In this document: piece by piece, positions 61,050 through 64,000 of the stretch
How the letters are laid out: every line of letters begins with the position of its first letter
How positions within the stretch are numbered: position 1 is the stretch's first letter
Origin: Pristiophorus japonicus
Taxonomy: Eukaryota
Assembly: GCF_044704955.1 (NCBI RefSeq)
Contig: NC_091984.1
Span: 144,212,001 to 144,276,000 of the forward strand
DNA length: 64,000 nucleotides
Direction of reading: 5' to 3'
Position numbers and translations under genes: made by a program
The notes under the pieces: generated by a model
What the model saw: only the letters and a program-made list of their open reading frames with translations
Told to the model about the DNA's origin: nothing
Databases searched by the model: none

Positions 61050-64000
61050 AACATAAGAAATAGGAGCAGTAGTCGGGCACCTGGCCCCTCGAGCCTGCTC
61101 CGCCATTTAATAAGATCATGGCTGATCTGATCATTGACTCAGCTCCACTTCCCTGCCCGCTCCCCATAACCCTTTATTCCCTTATCGCTCAAAAATCTAT
61201 CTCGACCTCAAATATATTCAATGACCCAGCCTCCACAGCTCTCTGGGGCAGAGAATTCCACAGATTTACAAGCCTCCGAGAGAAGAAATTCTCCTCAACT
61301 GAGTTTTAAATGGACGGCCCCTTATTCTGAGACTATGACCCCTAGTACTAGTTTCCCTTCTGAGTGGAAATATCCTCACTGCATCCACCTTGTCGCCCCC
61401 TCATTATCTGATGTCTTTCGATAAAATCACCTCTCGTTCTTCTGAACTCCAATGATTATAGGCCTAACCTACTCAACCTATCCTCATAAGTCAACCCCCT
61501 CATCTCCAGAATGAACCTAGTGAACCTTCTCTGAACTGCCTCCAATGCAGGTCTATCCTTTTTTAAGTATGGTGACCAAAACTGTACGCAGTACTCCAGG
61601 TGTGGCCTCACCAATACCCTGTAAAGTTGTAACAGGATTTCTCTGCTTTTATACGCTATCCCCCTTGCAATAAAGGCCAACATTCCATTTGCCTTCCTGA
61701 TTATTGCTTTACCCACATACTAACTTTTTGTGTTTCATGCACAAGGTCCCTCTGCACTGCAGCAGGTTGTAATTTTTCTCCATTTGAAAAGAATTTGCTT
61801 TTCTATGCTTTCTGCCAAAGTGGAAAACCTCACATTTTCCCACATTATAGAAACATAGAAACATAGAAAATAGGTGCAGGAGTAGGCCATTCGGCCCTTC
61901 TAGCCTGCACCTCCATTCAATGAGTTCATGGCTGAACATGCAACTTCAGTACCCACTTCCTGCTTTCTCGCCATACCCCTTGATCCCCCGAGAAGTAAGG
62001 ACTGCATCTAAGTCCTTTTTGAATATATTTAGTGAATTGGCCTCAACAACTTTCTGTGGTAGAGAATTCCACAGGTTCACCATTCTCTGGGTGAAGAAGT
62101 TTTTCCTCATCTCGGTCCTAAATGGCTTACCCCTTATCCTTAGACTGTGACCCCTGGTTCTGGACTTCCCCAACATTGGGAACATTCTTCCTGCATTTAA
62201 CCTGTCTCAACCCGTCAGAATTTTAAACATTTCTATGAGGTCCCCTCTCATTCTTCTGAAGTCCAGTGAATATAAGCCCAGTTGGTCCAGTCTTTCTTGA
62301 CAGGTCAGTCCCACCATCCCGGGAATCAGTCTGGTGAACCTTCGCTGCACTCCCTCAATTGCAAGAATGTCCTTCCTCAAGTTAGGAGACCAAAACTGTA
62401 CACAATACTCCAGGTGTGGCCTCACCAAGGCCCTGTACAACTGTAGCAACACTTTCCTGCCCCTGTCCTCAAATCACCTCGCTATGAAGGCCAACATGCC
62501 ATTTGCTTTCTTAACCGCCTGCTGTACCTGCATGCCAACCTTCAATGACTGATGTACCATGACACCCAGGTCTCGTTGCACCTCCCCTTTTCTTAATCTG
62601 TCACCATACAGATAATAGTCTGTCTCTCTGTTTTTACCACCAAAGTGGATAACCTCACATTTATCCTCATTATACTTCATCTGCCATGCATTTGCCCACT
62701 CACCTAACCTATCCAAGTCACTCTGCAGCCTCATAGCATCCTACTCGCAGCTCACACTGCCACCCAACTTAGTGAAATCCGCAAATTTGGAGATACTACA
62801 TTTAATCCCCTTGTCTAATCATTAATGTACAGTGTAAACAGCTGGGGCCCCAGCACAGAACCTTGCAGTTCACTGCCTGCCATTCTGAAAAGTACCCATT
62901 TACTCCTACTCTTTGCTTCCTGTCTGACAACCAGTTCTCAATCCACGTCAGCACACTACCCCCAATCCCATGTGCTTTAACTTTGCACATTAATCTCTTG
63001 TGTGGGACCTTGTCGAAAGCCTTCTGAAAGTCCAAATATACCACATCAACTGGTTCTCCCTTGTCCACTCTACTGGAAACATCCTCAAAAAATTGCAGAA
63101 GATTTGTCAAGCATGATTTCCCTTTCACAAATCCATGCTGACTTGGACCTATCATGTCACCTCTTTCCAAATGCGCTGCTGTGACATCCTTAATTAATGA
63201 TTCCATCATTTTACCCACTACTGAGGTCAGGCTGACTGGACTATAATTCCCTGTTTTCTCTCTCCCTCCTTTTTTAAAAAGTGGGGTTACATTGGCTACC
63301 CTCCACTCGATAGGAACTGATCCAGAGTCAATGGAATGTTAAAAAATGACTGTCAGTGCATCCGCTATTTCCAAGGCCACCTCCTTAAGTACTCTGGGAT
63401 GCAGTCCATCAGGCCCTGGGGATTTATCGACCTTCAATCCCATCAATTTCCCCAACACAATTTCCCGACTAATAAGGATTTCCCTTAGTTCCTCCTCCTT
63501 ACTAGACCCTCTGACCCCTTTTATATCCGGAAGATTGTTTGTGTCCTCCTTAGTGAATACCGAACCAAAGTACTTGTTCAATTGGTCTGACATTTCTTTG
63601 TCCCCCGTTATGACTTCCCCTGATTCTGACTGCTGGGGACCTACGTTTGTCTTTCCTAGCCTTTTTCTCTTTACATATCTATAGAAACTTTTGCAATCCA
63701 TCTTAATGTTTCCTGCAAGCTTCTTCTCATACTTCATTTTCCCTGCCCTAATCAAACCCTTTGTCCTCCTCTGCTGAGTTCTAAATTTCTCCCAGTCCCC
63801 GGGTTCGCTGCTATTTCTGGCCAATTTGTATGCCACTTCCTTGGCTTTAATACTATCCCTGATTTCCCTTGATAGCCACGGTTGAGCCACCTTCCCTTTT
63901 TTATTTTTACGCCAGACAGGGATGTACAATTGTTGTAGTTCATCCATGCGGTCTCTAAATGTCTGCCATTGCCCATCCACAGTCAACCCCTTAAGTATCA
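61050..64000 (-). mobile_element. Two CR1-clade LINEs (61050-61845; young copy 61846-64000 running off the window)
   Basis: RT ORF pieces; second copy nearly identical to 24515-27210; (TTTCTATG)n tail at ~61847-61870. Confidence 0.9.

Overview
Repeat-rich vertebrate genomic DNA, almost certainly from a cartilaginous fish (shark). The only host gene is a complete, unrearranged immunoglobulin kappa (type III / nurse-shark NS4-like) light-chain cluster on the + strand. It runs promoter (~49150-49255), leader exon (49307-49355), V exon with 12-RSS (49543-49869), J with 23-RSS (51426-51499), C exon (59209-59537) and polyA signal (60063). The first ~48 kb is nested mobile DNA. It holds many CR1-clade LINE fragments and SINEs, and three Mag/K02A2.6-like Gypsy elements. 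It also holds a 17-kb retrovirus-like provirus (11823-28814) with coiled-coil Gag, a UGA-CUA gag-pol junction, foamy/ERV-L-like RT and two RNase H-like domains, which is a candidate lokiretrovirus-like element. A young, multiply deleted epsilon-like ERV (32598-39857, minus) carries a 2H-phosphoesterase-like domain. Most notable: (1) a facing 12-RSS/23-RSS-like pair brackets the C-kappa exon in the layout of the mammalian intron-RS/kappa-deleting element; (2) the loki-like provirus; (3) the 2H domain in the ERV; (4) a ~6.3-kb inversion that splits a Gypsy integrase just upstream of the V gene. All family assignments come from motif recognition by eye; no database searches were run.
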